Shown piece after piece: positions 1-10,155 of a stretch of 64,000 nt of DNA. The notes under the pieces are model-generated. The model was not told the origin of the DNA and made no database searches. It was given only the letters and a program-made list of their open reading frames with translations. Source of the stretch: Tenericutes bacterium HGW-Tenericutes-1 (GTDB lineage Bacteria; Bacillota_I; Bacilli_A; Izemoplasmatales; Hujiaoplasmataceae); contig PGXM01000002.1 of assembly GCA_002839155.1 (NCBI GenBank), positions 57,586 to 121,585 on the forward strand, written 5' to 3'. Positions within the stretch are counted from its first letter, which is position 1. Each line of letters starts with the position of its first letter. The translations under genes and the position numbers were made by a program.

Positions 1-2
1 AA

Positions 3-389
3 GGCGTCGCAGAAGCGATTGTCGCTTGTGCACACTTTGGAGTGAGTAACACTTGCTACCCCGTTGGCATTCAAAACATGTCTTACCGTCACTTGATTGA
101 AACAATGATGTCAATTATCGGCGATCAACGAAAGTTTGTCGGTGTTCCAGCATGGGTGACTGCTATTTTCGCAGCGAAACTCGATAAAAAACTATTAAAA
201 AATGGAAAACAAAGCGGGCTAAACCACAAACTTTTGATGACAGATATCTTAAACCGACTCTTTTATATCGATCCTGATTTTATGAAGGAAAGACTTCATT
301 TTGAAGAACTTGGCTTTAATGGGGGTATCGATGTGAATAAAAGTATCGCCGATACCATGAAAGCTTGTTACCCAGAAAAATTTATGTAA
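3..389 (+). CDS. C-terminal fragment of a protein truncated by the window edge (possibly SDR/NAD-dependent epimerase-like)
   Basis: The frame is open from the window start (GVAEAIVACAHFG...) to TAA at 387-389, so GTG at 42 is only the ORF-caller start. A hairpin terminator follows. The family assignment is a weak visual resemblance only. Confidence 0.4.
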   Translation, partial: GVAEAIVACAHFGVSNTCYPVGIQNMSYRHLIETMMSIIGDQRKFVGVPAWVTAIFAAKLDKKLLKNGKQSGLNHKLLMTDILNRLFYIDPDFMKERLHFEELGFNGGIDVNKSIADTMKACYPEKFM

Positions 390-390
390 A

Positions 391-420
391 AAAAGGGTGA
401 GATTTTTTCTCACCTTTTCT
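391..420. terminator. bidirectional intrinsic terminator between convergent genes
   Basis: Stem GGTGAGA (396-402) pairs with TCTCACC (408-414) around a TTTTT loop, flanked by an A-run and a T-run. Confidence 0.7.
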
Positions 421-421
421 A

Positions 422-1996
422 TTATTTTTTTCTTAAGACAACGCCTGATTTAGGTTTTAAATAACGCCCATGGTCAATCGCGATTTCGCCATTGACGATG
501 GTATAAGATATCCCACCCGGTGTTGAATCCGGAACTTTAGGATTCACTACAACTGATTTTTCATCAAAGATAGTAATATCCGCTGCCATTCCTTCTTTTA
601 AAAACCCTCGATTCGTTATTTTAAATCGTTCAGCCGTCGCCCCAGTCATTTTATGAATGACACGTTCAATCGGTATCTGTCTTTCTCTCGCTTTTTGAAT
701 GAAAAATGGCATTGCTTGATAAGAGCCTGCATTTTGAGCACCAGATTCTTCATACCAAGCATCCGTCATGAAAATCGATAAATCATCATCCATCAGTTTT
801 TGAATGATTTCTTCACTGTAGTATTTTTCTAACATGATACGACCTTTTCCTTCGGATAAGTCGACGAGTTTCAGATACATATCAAAATCATTCATGGCTT
901 CAGTTTTAGCGATTTCAGAAACAGTTTTCCCTTCATATTGAGGATAATCTTTTCCAATATAAGCGATGATCATATCTGAAAATTCGATGCCTAATAATTT
1001 TTTCGTGATCGTAATCAAAGCTTTTAATTTAAAGCGGGTACTCTTCTTCTTTTTTTCATCTCCAGTCATCTTCATATACCAAGCAGGTAACACAACTGTG
1101 ATAACCGAAGCTCCGAAGGTAAAAGGATACATATCATACGCTAGTTCATAACCTTTTTCACGTTCTTCACGGAATTTTTTTAACATCGGATCAACCGATT
1201 TCCAAGATGCTTTACCAACGAAAATAAGGTGGGAGTACTCGGTTCTCACTTTGGTTTTTTCCATAATTTCAATGACTTCGTCTAACCCTTGTTCAATATG
1301 CGATTTACTCAATAGTGGGTATCCCATCGCTACTTTTGAACACGCTCTTGGATGGATGGTTAGAATCCCATCATATTTTTGAATCATTTCAGCGTATTTT
1401 TCTAATTCTTCTCTAGGTGCGTACATTGAAGGCTCATACATTAATCCAAACGAACCTCCAAACGCACCCATTTTTAAGTTTTCTTCTAATATTTCTAGCA
1501 TTTTAGCAAGTTCATAACGAGTTAACTCTCTTGATTCATAGCCTGATAAAGCAATTCTTGTCGTGCCATGCCCTACTAAAGGAACGATATTTACATCCAA
1601 ATTCCCTTCGGTTAATTTCACAAACTCATCGAGACTACCTGGCTTTTGAGCTTTAAACAGTTTTCCACCGACTAAATCTTTATATTTCGATTCTTTATGA
1701 ACGCCAAACGTCGAAAATCCACAGTTCCCTACGATTTGTGTCGTAATCCCTTGTTTTAAAAACGGAACGATGGCTTTTGATGAATCGACTTTATCAACAA
1801 AAAAATCATTATGTGAATGCGCATCGATAAATCCAGGTGTCACACTTAAATTCGTTGCATCAATGATCGTAGCTTTGTTTTGAACAATATTTTTTCCTAT
1901 TTTTTTGATGATTCCTTTTTCAATCAAAATATCCGCAACAACCGGCGGATTTAAAGAACCATCATACACGAATCCATTCTTAATTAATAGTGGCAA
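422..1996 (-). CDS. N-acyl-D-amino-acid deacylase (D-aminoacylase) family amidohydrolase
   Basis: 524 aa. N-terminal beta-sandwich plus the metal motif GFIDAHSHND (HxH), with length and layout typical of D-aminoacylases. Confidence 0.75.
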   Translation of the reverse strand: MPLLIKNGFVYDGSLNPPVVADILIEKGIIKKIGKNIVQNKATIIDATNLSVTPGFIDAHSHNDFFVDKVDSSKAIVPFLKQGITTQIVGNCGFSTFGVHKESKYKDLVGGKLFKAQKPGSLDEFVKLTEGNLDVNIVPLVGHGTTRIALSGYESRELTRYELAKMLEILEENLKMGAFGGSFGLMYEPSMYAPREELEKYAEMIQKYDGILTIHPRACSKVAMGYPLLSKSHIEQGLDEVIEIMEKTKVRTEYSHLIFVGKASWKSVDPMLKKFREEREKGYELAYDMYPFTFGASVITVVLPAWYMKMTGDEKKKKSTRFKLKALITITKKLLGIEFSDMIIAYIGKDYPQYEGKTVSEIAKTEAMNDFDMYLKLVDLSEGKGRIMLEKYYSEEIIQKLMDDDLSIFMTDAWYEESGAQNAGSYQAMPFFIQKARERQIPIERVIHKMTGATAERFKITNRGFLKEGMAADITIFDEKSVVVNPKVPDSTPGGISYTIVNGEIAIDHGRYLKPKSGVVLRKK

Positions 1997-2115
1997 TGTT
2001 GTCCCCTCCTGTATTCTTCATTATCATATCATATTTTGTCGTTTATTTCCATTCAAATCATGATAGAGTATTTTAAAAATCTCAATTATAGTGTAAGATA
2101 AATAAAGGTGATACT

Positions 2116-2649
2116 ATGCGAAATTTTATTTTGAAAAATGGAAAAATTTTAGCGATTTCATTGGTTAATACCGATGATGCTGAAGCTATTTTAAACTACA
2201 CAAAAATCATTGGTGGTGAATCTGATTTTATCACCTTTGGTCCTGAAGGTGTGCCTTATACCGTCGAAGAAGAAAAAAAGATGCTGAGTAGATATCACGA
2301 ACAATCACTCTATCCGATGTTTGTAGGCCGAATTGAGGGTGAAGTCGTGACCCTTGCAGATCTAGGCGGTATTGATAGAGCAAGATTACGTCATAACGCC
2401 GAAATTGGTATCAGCGTCTTAAGAAAATATTGGAATCAAGGTGTGGGTAAAGCGATGATGCAAGTCTTGATTGAGCATGCAAAAGATACACAAATCATCC
2501 AAAACATCTATTTAAAAGTTCGTAGTGATAATCAAAGTGCAATCCATCTTTATGAATCATTTGGATTTAAAGTCGTGGGTACTTATCCAAGACAAATGAA
2601 AATAAAAAATGAGTACTTCGATACTTTACTTATGGCATTACTACTCTAG
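2116..2649 (+). CDS. GNAT family N-acetyltransferase
   Basis: 177 aa. Acetyl-CoA motif A region YWNQGVGKAMM (Q/RxxGxG/A) and the GNAT-fold length. Confidence 0.8.
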   Translation: MRNFILKNGKILAISLVNTDDAEAILNYTKIIGGESDFITFGPEGVPYTVEEEKKMLSRYHEQSLYPMFVGRIEGEVVTLADLGGIDRARLRHNAEIGISVLRKYWNQGVGKAMMQVLIEHAKDTQIIQNIYLKVRSDNQSAIHLYESFGFKVVGTYPRQMKIKNEYFDTLLMALLL

Positions 2650-2663
2650 AAAGCGAGGATTTT

Positions 2664-3695
2664 ATGATTAAAGCTCCGTCTCCAAACATTGATTTTAACA
2701 ACTTATCGTTTTTACCGGTTCAAACCCCCTATTCTTTTGTTTCATACTACAAAGAAGGCAAATGGGATGAAGGTAAAATCACCGAAGGAACACAAGTATC
2801 TTTACACATGCTTTCAACGGGCATTCAATATGGGCAACAAGCTTTTGAAGGTATGAAGTGTTACCGTAGACGTGATGGTGGTATTCAGTTCTTTCGTCCT
2901 TATGAAAATGCGAAACGATTCCAAAAATCTTGTAAAAGAATTATGATGCCAGAAATTCCTATTGAAAAATTCATTGACGCCATTTGTCAAACAGTCAAAG
3001 CCAATAGCGAGTATGTTCCTCCTTATGAATCAAAGGCAACACTTTATGTTCGTCCTTTCATGATAGGCATAGGATCGAATTTGATTTTAGCGCCTTCAAA
3101 AGAGTATCTCTTTGGCGTTGTCACTCAACCGGTCGGACTCTTCTTTAAATCTGGACTCACGCCTTCCAACTTTATGGTATCAGACTATGACCGAGCCGCA
3201 GCGAAAGGTACGGGTGATATTAAAGTCGGTGGTAACTACGCTGCGAGTTTCTATCCGAACTATTTAGCAAAAAAAGACGGATTCACCGATTGTTTGTATT
3301 TAGATCCCTTAACGCATACAAAAATTGATGAAGGCGGAGCCGCAAACTTCTTTGCGATTACGAAAGATGGTACTTTCGTTACACCAGCATCTGATTCAAT
3401 TCTACCTTCAGTTACGAAAAGAGCACTGATTGATATTGCAAAAGAGTTCTTAAAAATCAAAGTTATAGAAGGAGATATCTTTGTTAATAACTTAGATATC
3501 TATAGTGAAGCTGGCACTTGCGGAACGGCAGCGATTATTACGCCGATTGGTGGCTTAATGGTTGAAAATGTCTTACATACTTTCGGTAATCCAAAAGAAG
3601 CGGGACCCATTACAAAAGAATTGTACCGCCTTCTTGTTGGGATCCAGTTTGGGGATATTTTAGCCCCTGATGGTTGGGTCTTAGACGTTAAATAA
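2664..3695 (+). CDS. ilvE: branched-chain amino acid aminotransferase (fold-type IV PLP enzyme)
   Basis: 343 aa. Motifs YGQQAFEGMKCYR, TLYVRPF and GDIKVGGNYA (PLP Lys region) are typical of long-form IlvE/YbgE-type BCAT. Confidence 0.8.
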   Translation: MIKAPSPNIDFNNLSFLPVQTPYSFVSYYKEGKWDEGKITEGTQVSLHMLSTGIQYGQQAFEGMKCYRRRDGGIQFFRPYENAKRFQKSCKRIMMPEIPIEKFIDAICQTVKANSEYVPPYESKATLYVRPFMIGIGSNLILAPSKEYLFGVVTQPVGLFFKSGLTPSNFMVSDYDRAAAKGTGDIKVGGNYAASFYPNYLAKKDGFTDCLYLDPLTHTKIDEGGAANFFAITKDGTFVTPASDSILPSVTKRALIDIAKEFLKIKVIEGDIFVNNLDIYSEAGTCGTAAIITPIGGLMVENVLHTFGNPKEAGPITKELYRLLVGIQFGDILAPDGWVLDVK

Positions 3696-3701
3696 AAGAT
3701 T

Positions 3702-3730
3702 AAGCACTTCAAAAATGAAGTGCTTTTTAT
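3702..3730. terminator. bidirectional intrinsic terminator
   Basis: Stem AAGCACTTC (3702-3710) pairs with GAAGTGCTT (3717-3725), followed by a T-run. It sits between convergent ilvE and the LTA-synthase-like gene. Confidence 0.7.
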
Positions 3731-5632
3731 TTAGTCTTCTGATTTGAAATAATTGATGCGATAAATTAGATTTAAGTGTTGCTGCTTCTTCATGGTATAA
3801 GCTACTGCCTCTTGAAAATTTTGATAATCACCACTTGATGCCTGAGGGGATTCATAAAGAATTGTCTTCCCATCGGTTGTATAATATAAATCATTGAATA
3901 TACCGCTTAATCGAGATATAATAACCGATTCATGATTTGAAAACAAATCATTTCCAACATACCATAAAGGATTAAATTCAATCCCTAAAAGGTTAAGAAT
4001 TGTTGGTGTGAAATCATTAACTGTTGAAAACTTATCGATTGAATCTAGTCCATTTATACTCATAGCATTCTTTAATTTTGTATCATATATAACTGCTGGC
4101 AAACGATACTGATCAATATAATATTCTTCGCTCGGATAAATTCCTCGCATCATTTCTGAAAAGCCATAATAATATGCGGTATGATCGGCATATAGAATAA
4201 TGGTAGTACAATCCAGTAAATTTAAAAGTTCAAGTCGGTCGAATAAGATGCCAATTGCACGGTCTAGATCCATCGCCGCAGCCATATATGTTCTAATATA
4301 CTGATCTAGACTTGTATCTTCTGTATGATACCCTATTAAATCAAAATAATCATACGTATCATTAAAGACTTCTCTTTTCTCGTAACCACCATGCATAGTA
4401 AAAGTCGTTATAAACGTCAAGAATTGTTCATTCTCAGGAATCATGTTTTCAACTTGATCTTTTAGCATATCTTCATCTGAATTAATCCAAAAACCTGTAT
4501 CTGATAAGACCATATCAGATGAATCGATATGTTCGTCAAACCCAAAATGCGGATGCGCATTATTTCGGTTATAAAAGGATCCTTCATTATTATGGTAGGA
4601 TTTTAATAGCGAAATTGTTGTATTCTCTTTTAGCAAATTAGGTAACGACGTCGGATAATCGTTTTGTCTAAAGTTTCGATATAAACTGCCTGTCGAAGGA
4701 TAACTACCAAAGAGACTCGATGCCTCAGCGACATCGGTTTTTACTTTTGAATGGAAATTATTAAGTAAGATGCCCTCTTCATAAAAAAGTTGATATAAGT
4801 TCGGTGTTAATGTTTCATCGATTGCAAAGTATTCAAATGATTCTAGTAAAATCATGATTACATTATTACCTTCGCTTATATTAGTGTACTCATTGGTTTC
4901 AAAGACACCTTCAGATAAATACTCATCAATAATGTCAAGAGAAGCCTCAGAGGATGTGTCAATTCCAATGTAATATGATAATCCTTTCATATAAAAAGGG
5001 TAAGTGCCAAATGTTTTAATGGTTGTTTCAGGTTGAAACATAGTTTCGTAAAGGTATGCTTCACTTAGCATGATTTCTTCTTCAGATGCGTCTTGGACTT
5101 GGATAGTTAAATCCTTATAAATGGCATTATTAAAGACAAATCCAGTGATAAAAAGAATTAAGGTCAAAACAAGTGAATAAACCCATTGATGTAGATTAAA
5201 TTTCTTCAAAGTTTTGATGCGATACTTCCATATCACAAAATGAATCACTTGATAAATTAAAAACAAACCACCAAAAAGCCATAAAGCCGATAAATCAAGA
5301 ATGGAAGTCCCTTCTAATGCTTGAGCCCCATCTTGTGCTAAAGCGAGCATATCCCAAAAAAAGATTTCACCCGTAATTGATTTTAAATTTACGTTGACTA
5401 CTGACAAAATAATTTGTAATAAAATGAGTAGTGTTTGCGTCCAAAACTGGACTTCAGGAAAAGGAATTAAGATGAGTATGGCACAAAGATAAAGGATAAA
5501 TGCCATATCCATCATAAAAAACTTTGGTAATAAACCAAAATTTAGCAACTTAAAATTAATTAATTCAATGCCAAATGCAAAAACAATAAATAGGAGTAAA
5601 TATAGAAATTTTCGTTTTGAAATAGATATCAT
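3731..5632 (-). CDS. LTA synthase family protein (polytopic N-terminus plus extracellular sulfatase-fold domain)
   Basis: 633 aa. About 5 N-terminal TM helices, then a sulfatase/alkaline-phosphatase-like domain (VIMILLESFEYF..., YADHTAYY). Confidence 0.75.
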   Translation of the reverse strand: MISISKRKFLYLLLFIVFAFGIELINFKLLNFGLLPKFFMMDMAFILYLCAILILIPFPEVQFWTQTLLILLQIILSVVNVNLKSITGEIFFWDMLALAQDGAQALEGTSILDLSALWLFGGLFLIYQVIHFVIWKYRIKTLKKFNLHQWVYSLVLTLILFITGFVFNNAIYKDLTIQVQDASEEEIMLSEAYLYETMFQPETTIKTFGTYPFYMKGLSYYIGIDTSSEASLDIIDEYLSEGVFETNEYTNISEGNNVIMILLESFEYFAIDETLTPNLYQLFYEEGILLNNFHSKVKTDVAEASSLFGSYPSTGSLYRNFRQNDYPTSLPNLLKENTTISLLKSYHNNEGSFYNRNNAHPHFGFDEHIDSSDMVLSDTGFWINSDEDMLKDQVENMIPENEQFLTFITTFTMHGGYEKREVFNDTYDYFDLIGYHTEDTSLDQYIRTYMAAAMDLDRAIGILFDRLELLNLLDCTTIILYADHTAYYYGFSEMMRGIYPSEEYYIDQYRLPAVIYDTKLKNAMSINGLDSIDKFSTVNDFTPTILNLLGIEFNPLWYVGNDLFSNHESVIISRLSGIFNDLYYTTDGKTILYESPQASSGDYQNFQEAVAYTMKKQQHLNLIYRINYFKSED

Positions 5633-5735
5633 TTAATCACACCAATCAATGTTGTATGTCATTATTATATCATTCATAGTAAAAACCTCAAATAGAAGAA
5701 AAAAGTCTATTCAAGATGAATAAACTTTTCTAAGA

Positions 5736-6605
5736 TTATTTTCTGATCGGTTTTAATTCGATGTAACCTCTAGTGCCAATCGGTTCCAATTGAATTCTAG
5801 GATTCGAATCATCAAATTGATAACCTAAGGGACTTGGATTATATTGTTCCATTGCTTCCCATAATGATTGAATCGCTTCTTCATAATCCTCTTCTTCAAA
5901 CGGTTCTCCTTGAAACATTAAATAGGATGATGCAGGTAATTCAATGATGTCAAAACCTTCTGGAATCACGCCCTGAAACTCTAGGTCAACTTCGACGCCT
6001 TGAACATATTCTGAGGTACCCGGTTTTATATAATGTTTGGGTAGCCATAAGCAAACCGGTTCACCTGATAATGACTTCATGCTCTTTAAAAGGCCCCAAA
6101 CATCACAACCAACTTCTTCTGAATAACTAAAGTACTCCGTTGCCTTTATGCCTCTTTTAATAATGACTTTTCTAGCGGGTTTGGTGATAACTGATAAAAA
6201 TACTGAATGAACTTTTGACATGGTATTGCGCTCCTTTGGTTCATATAATTTGAAGGGTGTAAATAAGTAAATCGGAACTGGATTTTTAGCATATTCATAA
6301 GGGTTTGTACCAAACTCTTTTTGAAACGCTCTTTGATATCCATCGACGCTCTCATAACCATAGAGATAAGCAATATCAGTAATTTTGATGGTATTGTCTC
6401 GCAATGCCATCGCTGACTTTGATAGTCTCATTTTTCGAATGTATTCGCTTGGCGTTAATCCAACCAATTCAGTAAATAATCGGTAAGAATACCAAGGAGA
6501 ATAATAACATACTTTTGCAAGGACAGCTAAGGTGATTTTTTCATCTAAATGATTTTCAATATAGGTTTGCATTGCTCTTACAGCGTCTATTCGACTCATT
6601 TTCAC
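5736..6605 (-). CDS. AraC family transcriptional regulator with GyrI-like effector-binding domain
   Basis: 289 aa. N-terminal double HTH (YESVDGYQRAFQKEFG is the AraC signature region). The C-terminal ~160 aa resembles GyrI/AraC_E_bind. Confidence 0.8.
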   Translation of the reverse strand: MKMSRIDAVRAMQTYIENHLDEKITLAVLAKVCYYSPWYSYRLFTELVGLTPSEYIRKMRLSKSAMALRDNTIKITDIAYLYGYESVDGYQRAFQKEFGTNPYEYAKNPVPIYLFTPFKLYEPKERNTMSKVHSVFLSVITKPARKVIIKRGIKATEYFSYSEEVGCDVWGLLKSMKSLSGEPVCLWLPKHYIKPGTSEYVQGVEVDLEFQGVIPEGFDIIELPASSYLMFQGEPFEEEDYEEAIQSLWEAMEQYNPSPLGYQFDDSNPRIQLEPIGTRGYIELKPIRK

Positions 6606-6833
6606 ACCTCCTAGTTCATATTATATAGAATAGCCCAAAGGAAAACTCGACTTATTTTGCTATTGTGTACACTATTATTACATATCCTTTATAAGTATAA
6701 AAAACCTGCAGATTCACTATAAATTGATTACTTCCCAATTTCAAATGAAAAAAACCATCAATTTCGATAGTTTTTCTCCCTAAGAGGACTTATACTCGGA
6801 TATACTTTTTTTTGTCCTCAATCATGTCCTTTA

Positions 6834-9800
6834 TTAATGTATCGATTTTAATACTTTTCCCAAAAATAGATTAGCTATTTTAGGATCAAACTGACTACCT
6901 GAGCATCGATTTATCTCTATTTCTGCATCTTCATGACTCATTCCTTTATGATATGGACGATCGGTTGTCATCGCTTCAAATGAGTCTGCAACATTAATAA
7001 TTCTTGAAAATAATGGAATTTCATCGCCTTTTAGACCTTTAGGATATCCTCGCCCATCCCATCTTTCATGATGAGATAAAGCATATTCAGCTAGACCAGA
7101 ATACTCATCGGCAGCTCTTAGAATTTGATACCCGATTTGTGTGTGTGTTTTAATCGTATTAAACTCTTCTTCTGTCAATTTTCCTGGTTTATCTAAAATC
7201 GCGTCTGGGATTGAAATCTTTCCAATATCATGATACATTCCCGCAAGTTCCAATACATCGACATCTTCTTTGTTTAATCCAAGTTCAATTCCAATTTTTT
7301 TACAGTAAAAACTTACTTTCGAGGAATGAGCTTTTTCTTCTTGATATTTATCGGTTAATGTATTAAATATTGCTTTAATTGCATGATTTCTAATACTTTC
7401 ACCAACAGTGACTTTATGTCTATATAACTGTTTCTCTGCTCTGCTTAATAAATCATCAACGTTCTTATCAGTATCATTAAGGAGTTCATATCCGATGGCT
7501 AGAGAAACTTGAACATTATCAATTAGAATCTCTTTAGTATTTTCAACCAAGTTATCTTTAAAAATTTGAATATCATCAGCAGTTTTATTTGTTAATAGAA
7601 TCGCGAATTCATCTCCTCCGATTCTAGCTACAACCCCTTCTTGATTAAACACTTTCATCAATAGATTCGATACCTTTTTAATCGCTTCATCGCCTTTTAC
7701 ATGGCCGTAAGCATCATTAATAATTTTTAACCCGTTAATATCAATCATTATCAAACCTATGGAAGTTCTATCTTCTGAAATCAATGAATTGAATTTTTCG
7801 ACAAAATAACGACGATTATTAAGATTGGTTAAGTAATCATGGTTACTAGCATAAGTAATTGCTTCTTCACTGACTTTCCGATCTGTTATATCCATAAAGA
7901 ATCCTTCAATAAACCATTCATTATCCTGGAAATAGGGTGTACCTTTTTCCCAAATCCAAATTCGAGAGCCATCTTTCCTAGTCAGTTCATATTCAATATT
8001 ACATGATTTTTTCGTACGTCTTGCTTCATTAAATTGTTTTGCAATAAACTCTCTATATTTAGGCACAATAAGTTCATTATAAGAAATAACTTTATTATCA
8101 ATTAATTCGGATGACTGATAACCCGTTAATGTCTCACAAACGTCAGACAAAAACAGCATTGTCCATGATTCATCAAATTTGCATTTATAGGATACACCCG
8201 GTAAATTTGAAATAATCCTACTCTTTTCTCTTTCATTTCTTCTAAGAAGTTCCTCTTGGATTTTGCGCTCGGTAATATCTTGAGCCGCGCCTGAAAGCGA
8301 TACAATTTCACCTTGATCATTATACTCTGCTTCTCCTCGAACCCACATCCATCCCTTAGTCATATCTTTTCTGGCCATTTCTAATTCTAATTCGTATGGA
8401 ATGCCTTTCGTACTCGTTAATGCGAGTGCTTTGGATAGCTGATCCCAACTTGATTTAGTAAATAATTTCATGTGTTCGGTATAGGGGGGAATAGGTTGAG
8501 TAGAATCAAATCCATACATCTTATATAGTTCTTCTGACCAAGTGACTTCATTGGTTTTTACATTTAAACGCCAAGTTCCCAATTTGGCTACTTTTTGTGA
8601 AGTTAACAAATCTTTATGTTTATTACTAAGTTCATTTTCAGCCAAGATACGATCAGTGATATCCTCTACAAGTACTGCAAATTGACCCTTCTTAGGAGAG
8701 TAGGAGGATACAGAATAATATTTCCCAATTTCTCTAGCATAACTCTCGAATTGAATAGACTTTCCTGTTAATGCCACTTCTCCATATTTATCTATCCATT
8801 CGTGTTCTAAATTGGGTAACACCTCTAAAACCGTCTTGCCGAGAACATCTTCTTTTTTTAATCCAGTTAGTTGTTCATAAGCCTCATTGACACTTAAAAA
8901 TCGATAGTCCGTTGGTTTGCCTTGATCACCGACAATAATTTCATGAAGTGCAAGCCCTAATTGCATCTCTGAAGTTAAAAGACGATATTGCTCTTCGCTT
9001 TTTAGTAATTTTTCAGTGGCTATTTTGGATAACGATATATCTGAAACTGAGCAGTGTGTTTGTAAAAAGGAACCATTTTCATTATAAGACACAATCCCAT
9101 CAAAACCAACAAAAATGGTATCTCCATTCTTCGTTTTCATCGAGAACTCAGAGTATATTACTCCTTTTTCCTTAAATAACTTAAACCGTTCGGCAAATTT
9201 TTCTTTCATATCTGGATTTAAGAAATCCCCAAACCATTTTCCAATGACTTCTTCTCTTTGATACCCCATGATTTCAAGCCACTTTTGATTAACTTCTAAA
9301 AAGTGACCTTCTTCATCAAGTGATTGATATCCAAAAGGTGCTAATTCAAACAATCTTCTAAATCGAGATTCGCTTTCTTTTAGTGTATGTGCTAGCATTT
9401 CAATTTCATGGTTAACTTTTTGAAGCAATGTATTTTCTTTGATAGATAATTCTAATTGTTCTAATTGATCTCTTTTTTCGCTGTATTGTTGCTGAAGCAA
9501 TAGATTGTAATCTGTTAACTTGATTGTATTTAAAAATAGAATTCGATTTGATTTTTCAATGTTGTAAGAACCAATCATTCCAATGATGTTAGCAGTAACC
9601 AAAAAAAACGAACTAAAAATAAGCGTTGTAGTAATTTCTTGATACTTAATAATGAAACCAATAATGTAAAACAAAATAATTAAATTGCCTGATAATGAAG
9701 CATATATAAACCTAAGCTTAATTAGTAAGTATCCTGAAAAGAGTACAATAAATAAACCGCCGATATACATGATAATTTCAGGTTTTAGAATTAGCATATA

Positions 9801-10100
9801 AGCTATTCCTATACCGCCAATAAGAAAACTAAATGCAAGTGCATATTGACTGTATTTTAAGAATGATTTGGTAAAGCTCAAAAGTATCGTTATTAACAAG
9901 ATAGGAATAACAATTACAAAACGAATGATAAATAGTAGACTTATTTGATCTGGAAAATATTGAAAATCAGCATAAAAAAATGCACCGTAAAATAAGATAA
10001 ATACTAAAAAAATACGCCTTATATATTTTGGGTTCGTGAACTCGGCAGAGTTTTTAAAAAGCTGATTGTTTTCTTGAGTATAACTCATTTTTAGGTTCAT
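6834..10100 (-). CDS. membrane sensor with PAS repeats plus GGDEF diguanylate cyclase and HD-GYP phosphodiesterase domains
   Basis: 1088 aa. About 6-8 N-terminal TM helices, a coiled coil and at least 3 PAS-like units. GGDEF motif RIGGDEF, HD motif YHDIGK, HHERWDGRGYP. SD AAGGAG lies 8 nt before the ATG. Confidence 0.85.
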   Translation of the reverse strand: MNLKMSYTQENNQLFKNSAEFTNPKYIRRIFLVFILFYGAFFYADFQYFPDQISLLFIIRFVIVIPILLITILLSFTKSFLKYSQYALAFSFLIGGIGIAYMLILKPEIIMYIGGLFIVLFSGYLLIKLRFIYASLSGNLIILFYIIGFIIKYQEITTTLIFSSFFLVTANIIGMIGSYNIEKSNRILFLNTIKLTDYNLLLQQQYSEKRDQLEQLELSIKENTLLQKVNHEIEMLAHTLKESESRFRRLFELAPFGYQSLDEEGHFLEVNQKWLEIMGYQREEVIGKWFGDFLNPDMKEKFAERFKLFKEKGVIYSEFSMKTKNGDTIFVGFDGIVSYNENGSFLQTHCSVSDISLSKIATEKLLKSEEQYRLLTSEMQLGLALHEIIVGDQGKPTDYRFLSVNEAYEQLTGLKKEDVLGKTVLEVLPNLEHEWIDKYGEVALTGKSIQFESYAREIGKYYSVSSYSPKKGQFAVLVEDITDRILAENELSNKHKDLLTSQKVAKLGTWRLNVKTNEVTWSEELYKMYGFDSTQPIPPYTEHMKLFTKSSWDQLSKALALTSTKGIPYELELEMARKDMTKGWMWVRGEAEYNDQGEIVSLSGAAQDITERKIQEELLRRNEREKSRIISNLPGVSYKCKFDESWTMLFLSDVCETLTGYQSSELIDNKVISYNELIVPKYREFIAKQFNEARRTKKSCNIEYELTRKDGSRIWIWEKGTPYFQDNEWFIEGFFMDITDRKVSEEAITYASNHDYLTNLNNRRYFVEKFNSLISEDRTSIGLIMIDINGLKIINDAYGHVKGDEAIKKVSNLLMKVFNQEGVVARIGGDEFAILLTNKTADDIQIFKDNLVENTKEILIDNVQVSLAIGYELLNDTDKNVDDLLSRAEKQLYRHKVTVGESIRNHAIKAIFNTLTDKYQEEKAHSSKVSFYCKKIGIELGLNKEDVDVLELAGMYHDIGKISIPDAILDKPGKLTEEEFNTIKTHTQIGYQILRAADEYSGLAEYALSHHERWDGRGYPKGLKGDEIPLFSRIINVADSFEAMTTDRPYHKGMSHEDAEIEINRCSGSQFDPKIANLFLGKVLKSIH

Positions 10101-10127
10101 ATAATAACTCCTTCATTTGATTGCATT

Positions 10128-10155
10128 ATCATATATGAATTTTATTTACGGTCAA
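10128..10155 (-). promoter_or_regulatory. candidate sigma-A promoter for the PAS-GGDEF-HD-GYP gene
   Basis: Minus-strand TTGACC (10155-10150), 16-nt spacer, TATGAT (10133-10128), about 25 nt upstream of the ATG. Confidence 0.4.

Noticed and set aside
966-1151. Short ORFs nested antisense or out of frame inside strong genes (for example 966-1151, 3260-3460, 3500-3712, 6146-6373, 8126-8320, 8948-9175, 17555-17818, 23009-23233, 27518-27775, 34704-34913, 48065-48433, 49252-49898, 50524-51633, 53699-54130, 55199-55447, 57959-58291, 61697-62119)
   Set aside because: All are fully embedded in longer ORFs that have clear family motifs and SD sequences. They show no motifs of their own and are typical of random frames in AT-rich DNA.
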